From a virus: a stretch of 36,248 nt of DNA. Position 1 is the first letter of the stretch. Each line of letters begins with the position of its first letter. Positions 1-6,860 of this stretch are shown one piece after another. The notes under the pieces are model-generated. The model did not search any database. It was not told where the DNA came from and saw only the letters and a program-made list of their open reading frames with translations. The translations under genes and the position numbers were made by a program. The stretch is from IMG/VR virus record IMGVR_UViG_3300045988_150173, positions 1 through 36,248 of that record, one strand, 5' to 3'.

Positions 1-119
1 GGTATCAACCCTTTCATTATATCAAATTAAATAATGGAGGGACAATTATGGCAACATATTTCAAGCGTGGTAAAAAGTGGTCAGTCAAGGTTCGTTGGTA
101 CGACAACGAAGGAAAACGA
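1..119. repeat. Terminal direct repeat, left copy (identical to 36130..36248). This is the signature of a circular contig written with an overlap.
   Basis: Read directly. Bases 1-119 (ggtatcaaccctttc...ggaaaacga) recur exactly at 36130-36248 and include the integrase RBS and its first 24 codons. Confidence 0.95.
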
Positions 120-1142
120 CATTCTAAGTCCAAATCTGGCTTTGCCACTAAGGTCCTGGCTAAACAATGGGGTGTGGACCAGGAAAGCAAGCTCAACAAG
201 GGCGTAGCAATCGCTAAGGAAATCAGCTTGACTAGCTATTATCAGGACTGGGTTAATACCTACAAGGCTGATAAAGTCGCGGACATTACCTTGAACCGAT
301 ATGCTTATACAGGTAAAGCGCTAGATGAATTTTTCCATGATGTTAAGATCAAGGCCATTACTAGGGCTGACTACCAAAAGTTTATTAATTGGTACGGGGC
401 TACCCACGCCCCTGCAACAGTGAAAAAGGTCAACGCTATTATCCGAGCTTGTGTTAAGTCTGCTATCTTGGACGACTATCTGTACAAGGACTTTACTCAG
501 CGTGTTGAACTGACTTCAAACAAAGATAAGACGTTGAAAGTGGAATATCTGAATTTGAAAGAAATCCACCAGTTGTTGAGTGCCGCAACGGACAACATTG
601 GGCATCGACCAGGCTTTACTAGCCGTTTTATGATTGTTACCGCAATTTATACTGGTATGCGTTTGAGTGAAATTCAGGCCCTAACCTGGAACGACATTGA
701 TTGGCTGCATCGTACTATCACTATCAATAAATCATGGGACGCACGAACTAACGACTTTAAGCCTACTAAGAATGAATCAAGTAACCGAAAAATTAAAGTT
801 AATCCTGAATTGCTGAATTATTTAAAGATACTTCAAGAGCACCGACGGTCGAATTTGGTCTTTATGAGTCAGTACGGAACCATCCCCACAAGCAATGCTG
901 TAAATAAGACGCTCAGGAGCCTCCTGACGGCTCTTAACATTCATCGCAGTGGATTTCACTTCCACAGTCTTAGACACTCCCACGTGGCTCTCCTGCTGGC
1001 AAATGGGATAGATATTTATGCCATCAGCAAGCGACTTGGTCATAGCAATATCTCCACAACTGCCAATATCTATGCTTATTTAATTGATGAGTACCAAGAC
1101 AAGACTGACCAGCAGATTATAACTGCGCTATCCAAAATTTAA
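48..1142 (+). CDS. int: Tyrosine recombinase / phage integrase
   Basis: 364 aa. It has an N-terminal SAM-like/arm-binding region. Catalytic-type motifs are present: GMRLSEI (Arg), HFHSLRHSH (H-x-x-R) and GHSNISTTANIYAY (His...Tyr). A GGAGGG RBS lies 7 nt upstream of the ATG. Confidence 0.93.
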   Translation: MATYFKRGKKWSVKVRWYDNEGKRHSKSKSGFATKVLAKQWGVDQESKLNKGVAIAKEISLTSYYQDWVNTYKADKVADITLNRYAYTGKALDEFFHDVKIKAITRADYQKFINWYGATHAPATVKKVNAIIRACVKSAILDDYLYKDFTQRVELTSNKDKTLKVEYLNLKEIHQLLSAATDNIGHRPGFTSRFMIVTAIYTGMRLSEIQALTWNDIDWLHRTITINKSWDARTNDFKPTKNESSNRKIKVNPELLNYLKILQEHRRSNLVFMSQYGTIPTSNAVNKTLRSLLTALNIHRSGFHFHSLRHSHVALLLANGIDIYAISKRLGHSNISTTANIYAYLIDEYQDKTDQQIITALSKI

Positions 1143-1143
1143 A

Positions 1144-1166
1144 TGGGACCCAAACGGGACCCAAAG
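1144..1166 (+). repeat. Tandem GGGACCCAAA(C/G) repeat, copy set 1 (candidate integrase arm-type site)
   Basis: tGGGACCCAAAC GGGACCCAAAG starts immediately after the int stop codon. It is nearly identical to 1328-1346. Confidence 0.6.
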
Positions 1167-1206
1167 TTATTATTCTACGTGATTTTCTAGAATTTTAAGA
1201 AAACAC

Positions 1207-1251
1207 AAAAAGGCCGCTAACCCTTGATGTTAAAGGATTAGCGGCCTTTTT
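1207..1251. terminator. Bidirectional rho-independent terminator downstream of int
   Basis: AAAAAGGCCGCTAA (1207-1220) pairs with TTAGCGGCCTTTTT (1237-1251). An A-run and a T-run flank the stem. Confidence 0.8.
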
Positions 1252-1327
1252 AGAATTCTGTAAAATTCTTGATTTATGCCCCAAACAGGCAATTATAGTC
1301 CCGGTATATCAGTATTTATAGCGATTT

Positions 1328-1346
1328 TGGGACCCAAGCGGGACCT
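1328..1346 (+). repeat. Tandem GGGACCCAAGC GGGACCT repeat, copy set 2 (candidate integrase arm-type site)
   Basis: tGGGACCCAAGCGGGACC matches 1144-1161 at 17 of 18 positions, in the same orientation, 184 bp downstream. Confidence 0.6.
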
Positions 1347-1389
1347 ATTTAATCTTTTCCAAGCCGTTCACTAATCATTTTTTACAAAT

Positions 1390-1429
1390 AAAAAAGACCC
1401 GGTAGACGCTCTCCACACGTCTCCGGGTC
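1390..1429 (-). terminator. Rho-independent terminator of the lysis operon
   Basis: The minus strand reads GACCCGGAGACG-loop-CGTCTACCGGGTC followed by TTTTTT. It lies just downstream of the frame-corrected lysin stop (1468). Confidence 0.8.
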
Positions 1430-1467
1430 ACGGTTAACTTTTGAAAGGTTTTCCTTTCCATATTAAA

Positions 1468-1674
1468 TTAGCTAAAAGTTACTTTCTGCTTGCCACCTAC
1501 TGATTCCACAGTTACGTGGTCGGCTAAAATTTCGTTGGTCGTCTTGCCGTCTAAGGTCGGCTTGGCTGGTCCTTCAAATTCTGGGAACCAGTAATCGACC
1601 CGGCTGCCCTCGCCGCCTTCATCATCAGAGTAGCGGGACACCAGTTGGAGCTTCTTGCCGCTGGGTAATCGAAT
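1468..1674 (-). other. Alternate-frame continuation of the endolysin second repeat
   Basis: The -1 frame reads GKKLQLVSRYSDDEGGEGSRVDYWFPEFEGPAKPTLDGKTTNEILADHVTVESVGGKQKVTFS*. This parallels repeat 1 (ANKKVTVYFRYTDDPEGNGNAADFTADHEF...LDG). The annotated frame gives unrelated residues. Confidence 0.8.
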
Positions 1675-2840
1675 TCACCATTGAAGCCAGCCTGTCCGGA
1701 ACCATAAACGCCCGGATAAGACTTGGCTACATCAGGGCGGTTAACCGAGTCTACTTTGATTCGCTGAACTTCCTTGCCGTCAGCCAGCAAAATCAAGAAC
1801 CGGTATTTCAAGCCAATTGACAGGTCAGTAGCGTGCCAGCCTGACAGCTGGAGCTTGCTGGTGTAGATGGTTGACTTCCGGCCGTCCAAGTATGCCAGGT
1901 TCTGGTTGAACTCGTGGTCAGCTGTGAAGTCAGCCGCATTACCGTTGCCCTCTGGGTCATCAGTGTAGCGGAAGTAGACCGTCACCTTCTTGTTAGCCAT
2001 ATCCTTAGTGTAGTCGAACTTGGCAGAGAAGCCACACTTGGCGTCGATGTCTGGATAGGCCGTGTGGACGTCTAGGCGGTCGGCCAGTTCTACCTTTTGC
2101 CGGGCCAACTCATGACCATCGGCAGTCAAGATAACGTAATGGTGTGGCTTATCCTTTGCCTGGTCAGTACCGAACCAACCAGATACAGTCATTTGATTTC
2201 CATCAAAGGCAATGACGTCTAGCCAGCCGCCAGTGGTAATCTTCTCAGGCTGAGTGGCGTCCTGTTCAGTGGTGTAGTAGCCAGAGAAATCGTAAGACAT
2301 ATCAACACGGTAGCCACCAATTGGATAGTTGCTTGAGAACTGCCAGGTTCCGACATTGTCCACACCAGGTTGACTAGCACCATAAGCGGCAATCCAGCCG
2401 TTAATCTTGTAGCCAAAAGCACCTAGGCTGACCTTACCAGACCAGATGTAAGATGCCATTGTATACAGGTCAATCCGTGGGTAGCCATTGGCAATGACCC
2501 GGTCAAGGAAAGTCTTAGCAAATGCTGGGTTGCTTCCTTCTTCCAGGTCCAGCGCCATAACAGAACTAGCATCAATGCCATACTGCTTGGCAACTGAGCA
2601 GAAGTAATCCGCTTCCGCAACGGCTTGGTCAGTGCTCCAGAACCGTGCGTAGTGATAGCAGTGGACAATTAGTCCCACTTTAACAGCATTTCGGATTTTC
2701 TCAGCCGATGTTGAACCAATCCAGCCTGTGTCTTCGGTTAACTTGATAATGACGGCTTTAACGCCACCGTCTTTTAGTGCCTGCATAAATTGCACGCTCG
2801 ATTCCTGGTAGTCAGATAAATCTGCAACTAAGTTAGGCAT
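1551..2840 (-). CDS. Endolysin: GH25 muramidase domain plus two C-terminal wall-binding repeats, with the 3' end frame-disrupted
   Basis: The N-terminus (DLSDYQ...VKAVIIKLTE...ALDLEE) is typical of GH25. Two about 100-aa repeats follow: GW..T/D...Y.IL.ADG.E..R.KV....R.DV...YP, then GF...FDY. The start overlaps the holin stop (ATGCCTAA). Confidence 0.85.
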   Translation of the reverse strand: MPNLVADLSDYQESSVQFMQALKDGGVKAVIIKLTEDTGWIGSTSAEKIRNAVKVGLIVHCYHYARFWSTDQAVAEADYFCSVAKQYGIDASSVMALDLEEGSNPAFAKTFLDRVIANGYPRIDLYTMASYIWSGKVSLGAFGYKINGWIAAYGASQPGVDNVGTWQFSSNYPIGGYRVDMSYDFSGYYTTEQDATQPEKITTGGWLDVIAFDGNQMTVSGWFGTDQAKDKPHHYVILTADGHELARQKVELADRLDVHTAYPDIDAKCGFSAKFDYTKDMANKKVTVYFRYTDDPEGNGNAADFTADHEFNQNLAYLDGRKSTIYTSKLQLSGWHATDLSIGLKYRFLILLADGKEVQRIKVDSVNRPDVAKSYPGVYGSGQAGFNGEFDYPAARSSNWCPATLMMKAARAAGSITGSQNLKDQPSRP

Positions 2841-3207
2841 GTTTATCAGGTCCTTTCTTATTATAATCGTCAGTCAATTTGTAGATATAAGGTTTTAGCC
2901 AAGATGGTAGTGGTAGCCCCATCTGCCCCCAGTTCTCCAAGATAGACGTGGTATAGAATAGGACGTAGAAGCCAACGAATGCGTCAGCCGCTCCCTTGTA
3001 ACCATTAACGTCCATGATTGGATAGAGAGTCAGGATAACCAGTAAAAGGACACCGTGCTTAATCAAGCCATCGGTGCCCTTTGTTGATGTCGTCCGGTGA
3101 GTTACTAGGCTCTTGGCAAAACCAGTAACGATGTCTGCGACTACCGCCCATACTAGCAGCCAAATCAGAACATTGTCCGCCATTCCAGCGAAGTGCAAAA
3201 AGTACAT
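2833..3207 (-). CDS. Holin (phage_holin_4_1 / TcdE-like)
   Basis: Hydrophobic segments are present with the motif DIVTGFAKSL...STKGTDGLIKHG. It lies immediately upstream of, and overlaps, the lysin. The start is ambiguous: ATG 3207, ATG 3183, or TTG near 3243 with a GGAAGGGGTG RBS. Confidence 0.8.
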   Translation of the reverse strand: MYFLHFAGMADNVLIWLLVWAVVADIVTGFAKSLVTHRTTSTKGTDGLIKHGVLLLVILTLYPIMDVNGYKGAADAFVGFYVLFYTTSILENWGQMGLPLPSWLKPYIYKLTDDYNKKGPDKHA

Positions 3208-3256
3208 CGTGTGAAACGGCGATGTCGGCGGTGCTTGTAGTAACTGCAACTTTAGA

Positions 3257-4462
3257 TCACCCCTTCCGTACATAGGTAAAGTTAACGTGGCAACCAGAAA
3301 CGGCATTCATATCTTTGTCAGTAGTAATCACTAGATGGCCGTCTTTATTCAGCGAACAATAAAATCCATCGTCATGATATGGACGGTAGAAGCTAACGAC
3401 ATTATCGAATGTTGGTCGCAAGTATTCAGCAAGCGTTCCAACGTCGACTTTCCATTGATTGCTACTATCGTAAGTAAACCCAGAGACATCAACATGTAGC
3501 AGAATTAGAGTCGCATTTTTTGCAAGTGGGATTGAGTAGTATTGGTCATCAATTCGCCCACCATAGTTTGCACTAAAGTGATGATTTTGCTTATTCTCAG
3601 TTAGCATTCTACTAGCTAACAGGCTACTTGCCTTCGAATTGGCATCCTTAGCGTCACTAACGGCTGAATTAAGACTGACCATCATGCTGTCGACATAATC
3701 AGACATTTCTTGTTTTGTATCAAGCAGGTTTTTGGTGATTCTATCCACCAAAGAATCATTATCAAACTTGTACTTATCAGTAGTTAGGAACTGCTTAGTC
3801 TTGGCGTCAATGTACTTTTGGATTTCGTCCCAAGTACCAACGCCATCTTTTCCAAGCGCCTTCTGCTCGGTATTAACCCCGCCAATATGCCAGTTGCCAT
3901 CTTCGCCAATGACTGGTGTGTCACCGGGATTGCCTTGAATTCCCTTCATGTCTTGCAAGAAGTCGGTAACAGTACCAGTGTGACCATTCTCCAGCCAAAC
4001 ATCATAGACCGACTTACCAGCGGGGCCACGCAGCTTAGCAACGTCTTGGGTCAGCTGTTGCTTGAACTCTAAGAACCTTCGCTCAAAGTCTTCTACCTTG
4101 AGTGAAGACACAACTGTGACAGTATCATTACCGACAAGATTCTGGTTCAACGTCAGCTCCAGTGAGCCAACTGTTGGATAGATGTCGGTCTTATCGCCCT
4201 CAGTTACCCACATTTCGACCTTATAGGTGTCGGGTTTCAATCCTTTTAGCGAAGCAGATGAGAAGCCCACGGATTCACCATCATCGGAAATAGCCCCATC
4301 AATGCTTCGTTTATCCTCACTATCGAAGTGGAACACAATGGACTGCTTATCGGTAAAGTGAACCCGGTTCAGGTCGACGTAGGCTTTAAACAAAAATTGT
4401 GTATTAGTATCGTCCAGCTTAGTTACCGGGTCACTAATACACTCCAATCGTAGGTCCTTCAA
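3257..4462 (-). CDS. Putative tail fibre / host-specificity protein with a short collagen-like motif
   Basis: 401 aa. It contains the GPAGKSVYDVWLENGHTGTVTDFLQDMKGIQGNPGD motif common in phage fibres. It sits in the distal tail module. The start is TTG with an AAGGAGGTG RBS. Confidence 0.5.
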   Translation of the reverse strand: MKDLRLECISDPVTKLDDTNTQFLFKAYVDLNRVHFTDKQSIVFHFDSEDKRSIDGAISDDGESVGFSSASLKGLKPDTYKVEMWVTEGDKTDIYPTVGSLELTLNQNLVGNDTVTVVSSLKVEDFERRFLEFKQQLTQDVAKLRGPAGKSVYDVWLENGHTGTVTDFLQDMKGIQGNPGDTPVIGEDGNWHIGGVNTEQKALGKDGVGTWDEIQKYIDAKTKQFLTTDKYKFDNDSLVDRITKNLLDTKQEMSDYVDSMMVSLNSAVSDAKDANSKASSLLASRMLTENKQNHHFSANYGGRIDDQYYSIPLAKNATLILLHVDVSGFTYDSSNQWKVDVGTLAEYLRPTFDNVVSFYRPYHDDGFYCSLNKDGHLVITTDKDMNAVSGCHVNFTYVRKG

Positions 4463-4528
4463 AATTATGCACCTCCTTAATAGCCGCCCCTTTCGGTATT
4501 GTGTATTTCTCGGCGACTAAAAAAAGGA

Positions 4529-4648
4529 CTACGCCGCAACGTAATCCTTGCCAGTGATTTGCTTGTATTCTTCTGGCGTGATTACCAGATTAACGTAGCC
4601 CTCAATTGGGTTGTGCAGGTTAAACATCAATTGGCAAAAGTTAAACAT
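4529..4648 (-). CDS. XkdX-like small phage protein (39 aa)
   Basis: Hand-translated as MFNFCQLMFNLHNPIEGYVNLVITPEEYKQITGKDYVAA. The IT.EEY..ITG signature is characteristic of XkdX. It is too short for the ORF track. Confidence 0.6.
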   Translation of the reverse strand: MFNFCQLMFNLHNPIEGYVNLVITPEEYKQITGKDYVAA

Positions 4649-4650
4649 AA

Positions 4651-5031
4651 TTACTTACCCCCATTTTCTGTCTTGGTATCGGTTTGCGACTTGGCAAATT
4701 GTAGTCCCAGCTCATTGACTGCCTTGTTGAGGTCTTTAATCTGCCCCATCACAGTAGCTACTTGTAATCCCAGCTCATTCATTGCTTGAGCACCCGCGCT
4801 TGGCTGTTCAGGCACAGCTGGGTGAGCCTTGTTGTACTCTTCTTGAGTAGCACCGACCCATTGACCAGTCTGCCCACCGGACCGCTTAATCGGCATGAGT
4901 AAACCATGTCCTTGTGCGTCCTTGGGCTCGTCAAAAGTTTCATTACCCGCCAATTTGTAGTCGTCAGGGACTGCTTTATTAGCAGACGGAATATATAGAT
5001 TATTGCTATCCCATGTGTATACAGCTTTCAC
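4651..5031 (-). CDS. Hypothetical tail-module protein with an internal NELGLQ repeat
   Basis: 126 aa ORF in the structural operon. AMNELGLQVA and AVNELGLQFA are duplicated in its C-terminal part. Confidence 0.5.
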   Translation of the reverse strand: MKAVYTWDSNNLYIPSANKAVPDDYKLAGNETFDEPKDAQGHGLLMPIKRSGGQTGQWVGATQEEYNKAHPAVPEQPSAGAQAMNELGLQVATVMGQIKDLNKAVNELGLQFAKSQTDTKTENGGK

Positions 5032-5044
5032 TTTGTAACCCTCC

Positions 5045-5512
5045 TTAGTCCTTAACAGCTAGGTACAAGAACTCTCCGTGATAACCAGTACTGATATTAC
5101 TGTCGTAGGTTTCTGGAAGAATAGCCGTAACAATACCATCGCCGCCTAATTCCAAAACAAACATTGCATTAGTACCGTTATTCCCCATTGCTCCTTGAAT
5201 GGCGTCAACTCCATATAATGGTCGAATATTACTTGGCACTGATAGTACGGCCAGCTTATGCTTGTTTGAACTATTGATTAGCGTAGTGCTTTGCAAATGC
5301 ACGGATAAAGAAACTAGCCGGGCATCTGGTAGTTCAATTGTTCGATAGTGGGTTCCATTAGCCCAGGAATCAAAACTGCCGTTCAAATAAGCAAGTCCAA
5401 CTGTCGATGGTTGTGAAATGTTTAGCGGCGTGTAGTCATCCAGTGCGGCAACTACCGTCTTTGGGTACACCACATTCCCATTGCGGTCTTTAATTTGTCC
5501 AATATAAGCCAT
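5045..5512 (-). CDS. Hypothetical tail fibre / receptor-binding-like protein
   Basis: 155 aa. The N-terminus (AYIGQIKDRNGNVVYPKT) resembles fibre N-termini. The call rests mainly on position. Confidence 0.4.
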   Translation of the reverse strand: MAYIGQIKDRNGNVVYPKTVVAALDDYTPLNISQPSTVGLAYLNGSFDSWANGTHYRTIELPDARLVSLSVHLQSTTLINSSNKHKLAVLSVPSNIRPLYGVDAIQGAMGNNGTNAMFVLELGGDGIVTAILPETYDSNISTGYHGEFLYLAVKD

Positions 5513-5658
5513 TACAGCTTCCCCTCCTCTTTCATCTTTAAAACAATTTTGCGGACGGCTTGTTCAAAACCAGTGACAGCTTTGGGCGTCGATTCATAGT
5601 AAATCTGGCGCTTCCGGCCCTCCGGTTCATTCTTCATCGCTTTTACGACTTCGGTCAT
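5512..5658 (-). CDS. Small hypothetical protein (48 aa), translationally coupled on both sides
   Basis: Hand-translated as MTEVVKAMKNEPEGRKRQIYYESTPKAVTGFEQAVRKIVLKMKEEGKL. It has an ATGA overlap with the upstream stop and a TAATG overlap with the downstream start. Confidence 0.5.
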   Translation of the reverse strand: MTEVVKAMKNEPEGRKRQIYYESTPKAVTGFEQAVRKIVLKMKEEGKL

Positions 5659-6542
5659 AAGCTCTTAACCTCCTCGATTGAGTAATCAGTAGTAGGCCCA
5701 ATCACCAGACCGGCATTATAGCCATCATCGGTAGCTTGAGCTACCTGGTCCACGCTGAACGGCTCTGAAGTTGGCCCTAGGTCGGTCATCTGCAAGGTCT
5801 GCACCTCATTGATGACCCGGTCCACCATGTCGGACTGGACAATGGAACCAAGAATGTACTTCTTGAACTCGTCCGCCTCTGCCTGCGTGAACAAACCATC
5901 TTGCAGAATCTTTTCTTCAAGGGACTTCAACCGGTTCTGGCAGGTAGTAATCATGGTCTTAGTCAGTTCGCCCTGCGTGTTCAAATCGTGGAACAGCTGG
6001 TTGAACTTTTCCGTGAATTCAGCAATGACCTTCTTGACGTCGGCGTCACCCTTGGTCAGGATAGCTTCCAGCTTGCTGTACAGGTCCTCAAACGGCGTAA
6101 TGTAGTCGCTAGGAATAATTCCACTAATGACTTTATCGGCCAGGACTTCCAAGTTAAATTCCAATGTGGCAATATTTTCGTGATTCCGATAAATCCGGAA
6201 AAAGGCTTGCTGGTAAGACCCAGCAATCGCAAAAGCTCGAGCTGGCATATCAAATCTAAACTGCCCATTCAATGGATCAATTGGGACCCCGTGTTTAGTG
6301 TCAATCACTGCGAACTTCCCACCAGGTAGCTTCCCTTCAAAGACATAGTTGGCACCAGTTAGATCGTAAGGCGTGCCATCTTCGTTCTGAATGTTGACGA
6401 AGATCTGCCGCATGGAATTTTCATACTGACGTGCTTGCACCCAGTTCTTGATGCCAGGGTCGTTGAAGTCGATGGTAAAGTTTTGCACATCCTTAACTAG
6501 TGCCCGGCGATCCTTACCAATGACATAAGTTAATGTCTGCAA
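5655..6542 (-). CDS. Baseplate upper protein (BppU_N / DUF2479-like)
   Basis: 295 aa. The N-terminal region (DFNDPGIKNW...EDGTPYDLTGANYVFEG) is typical of BppU. It lies downstream of Tal. Confidence 0.6.
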   Translation of the reverse strand: MQTLTYVIGKDRRALVKDVQNFTIDFNDPGIKNWVQARQYENSMRQIFVNIQNEDGTPYDLTGANYVFEGKLPGGKFAVIDTKHGVPIDPLNGQFRFDMPARAFAIAGSYQQAFFRIYRNHENIATLEFNLEVLADKVISGIIPSDYITPFEDLYSKLEAILTKGDADVKKVIAEFTEKFNQLFHDLNTQGELTKTMITTCQNRLKSLEEKILQDGLFTQAEADEFKKYILGSIVQSDMVDRVINEVQTLQMTDLGPTSEPFSVDQVAQATDDGYNAGLVIGPTTDYSIEEVKSL

Positions 6543-6860
6543 CTAAATAACCCCCTTTTCTTTTAAAATTGCTTCGACCACATTACGGATGGCTGTATCA
6601 TCAGTCCCCATCGTAATGCGGTCGATTCGTGCATTTAAGCGTTTTTCAAGTTTCTCCAAAGCGTTCTGGTCGTTGCCATTGTCATCGCCCTCCAACTCAG
6701 CGATTTTCTTGTACATCAGCTCAAACCCTTGGGCGATGGCTTCCCGGACATCGACACCATACATCTTGTGGCGAATCGCTTCGGCAATCTGCTTCATCGT
6801 ATGGTCAGAATCGTCAAACGGTGTGTCATCACGATAACTAACTGGCACTATCATCACCAC
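6543..6860 (-). CDS. Minor structural protein (tail/baseplate module)
   Basis: 105 aa with the KMYGVDVREAIAQG motif seen in phage minor structural proteins. The likely start is at 6857 or 6851, after an AAGGTGGTG RBS. Confidence 0.45.
   Translation of the reverse strand: MVMIVPVSYRDDTPFDDSDHTMKQIAEAIRHKMYGVDVREAIAQGFELMYKKIAELEGDDNGNDQNALEKLEKRLNARIDRITMGTDDTAIRNVVEAILKEKGVI

Larger units (their letters stand above)
1143..1467. other. Candidate attP region, between the convergent 3' ends of int and the endolysin
   Basis: This is a non-coding, AT-rich stretch with two direct repeat sets flanking a terminator. In temperate LAB siphoviruses attP typically sits between lysin and int. Confidence 0.45.

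Noticed and set aside
1-119. Terminal repeat as an LTR, IS end or att duplication
   Set aside because: The repeat is an exact copy that cuts through the integrase coding sequence mid-codon at the window end. This fits a circular-assembly overlap, not a biological duplicated element.
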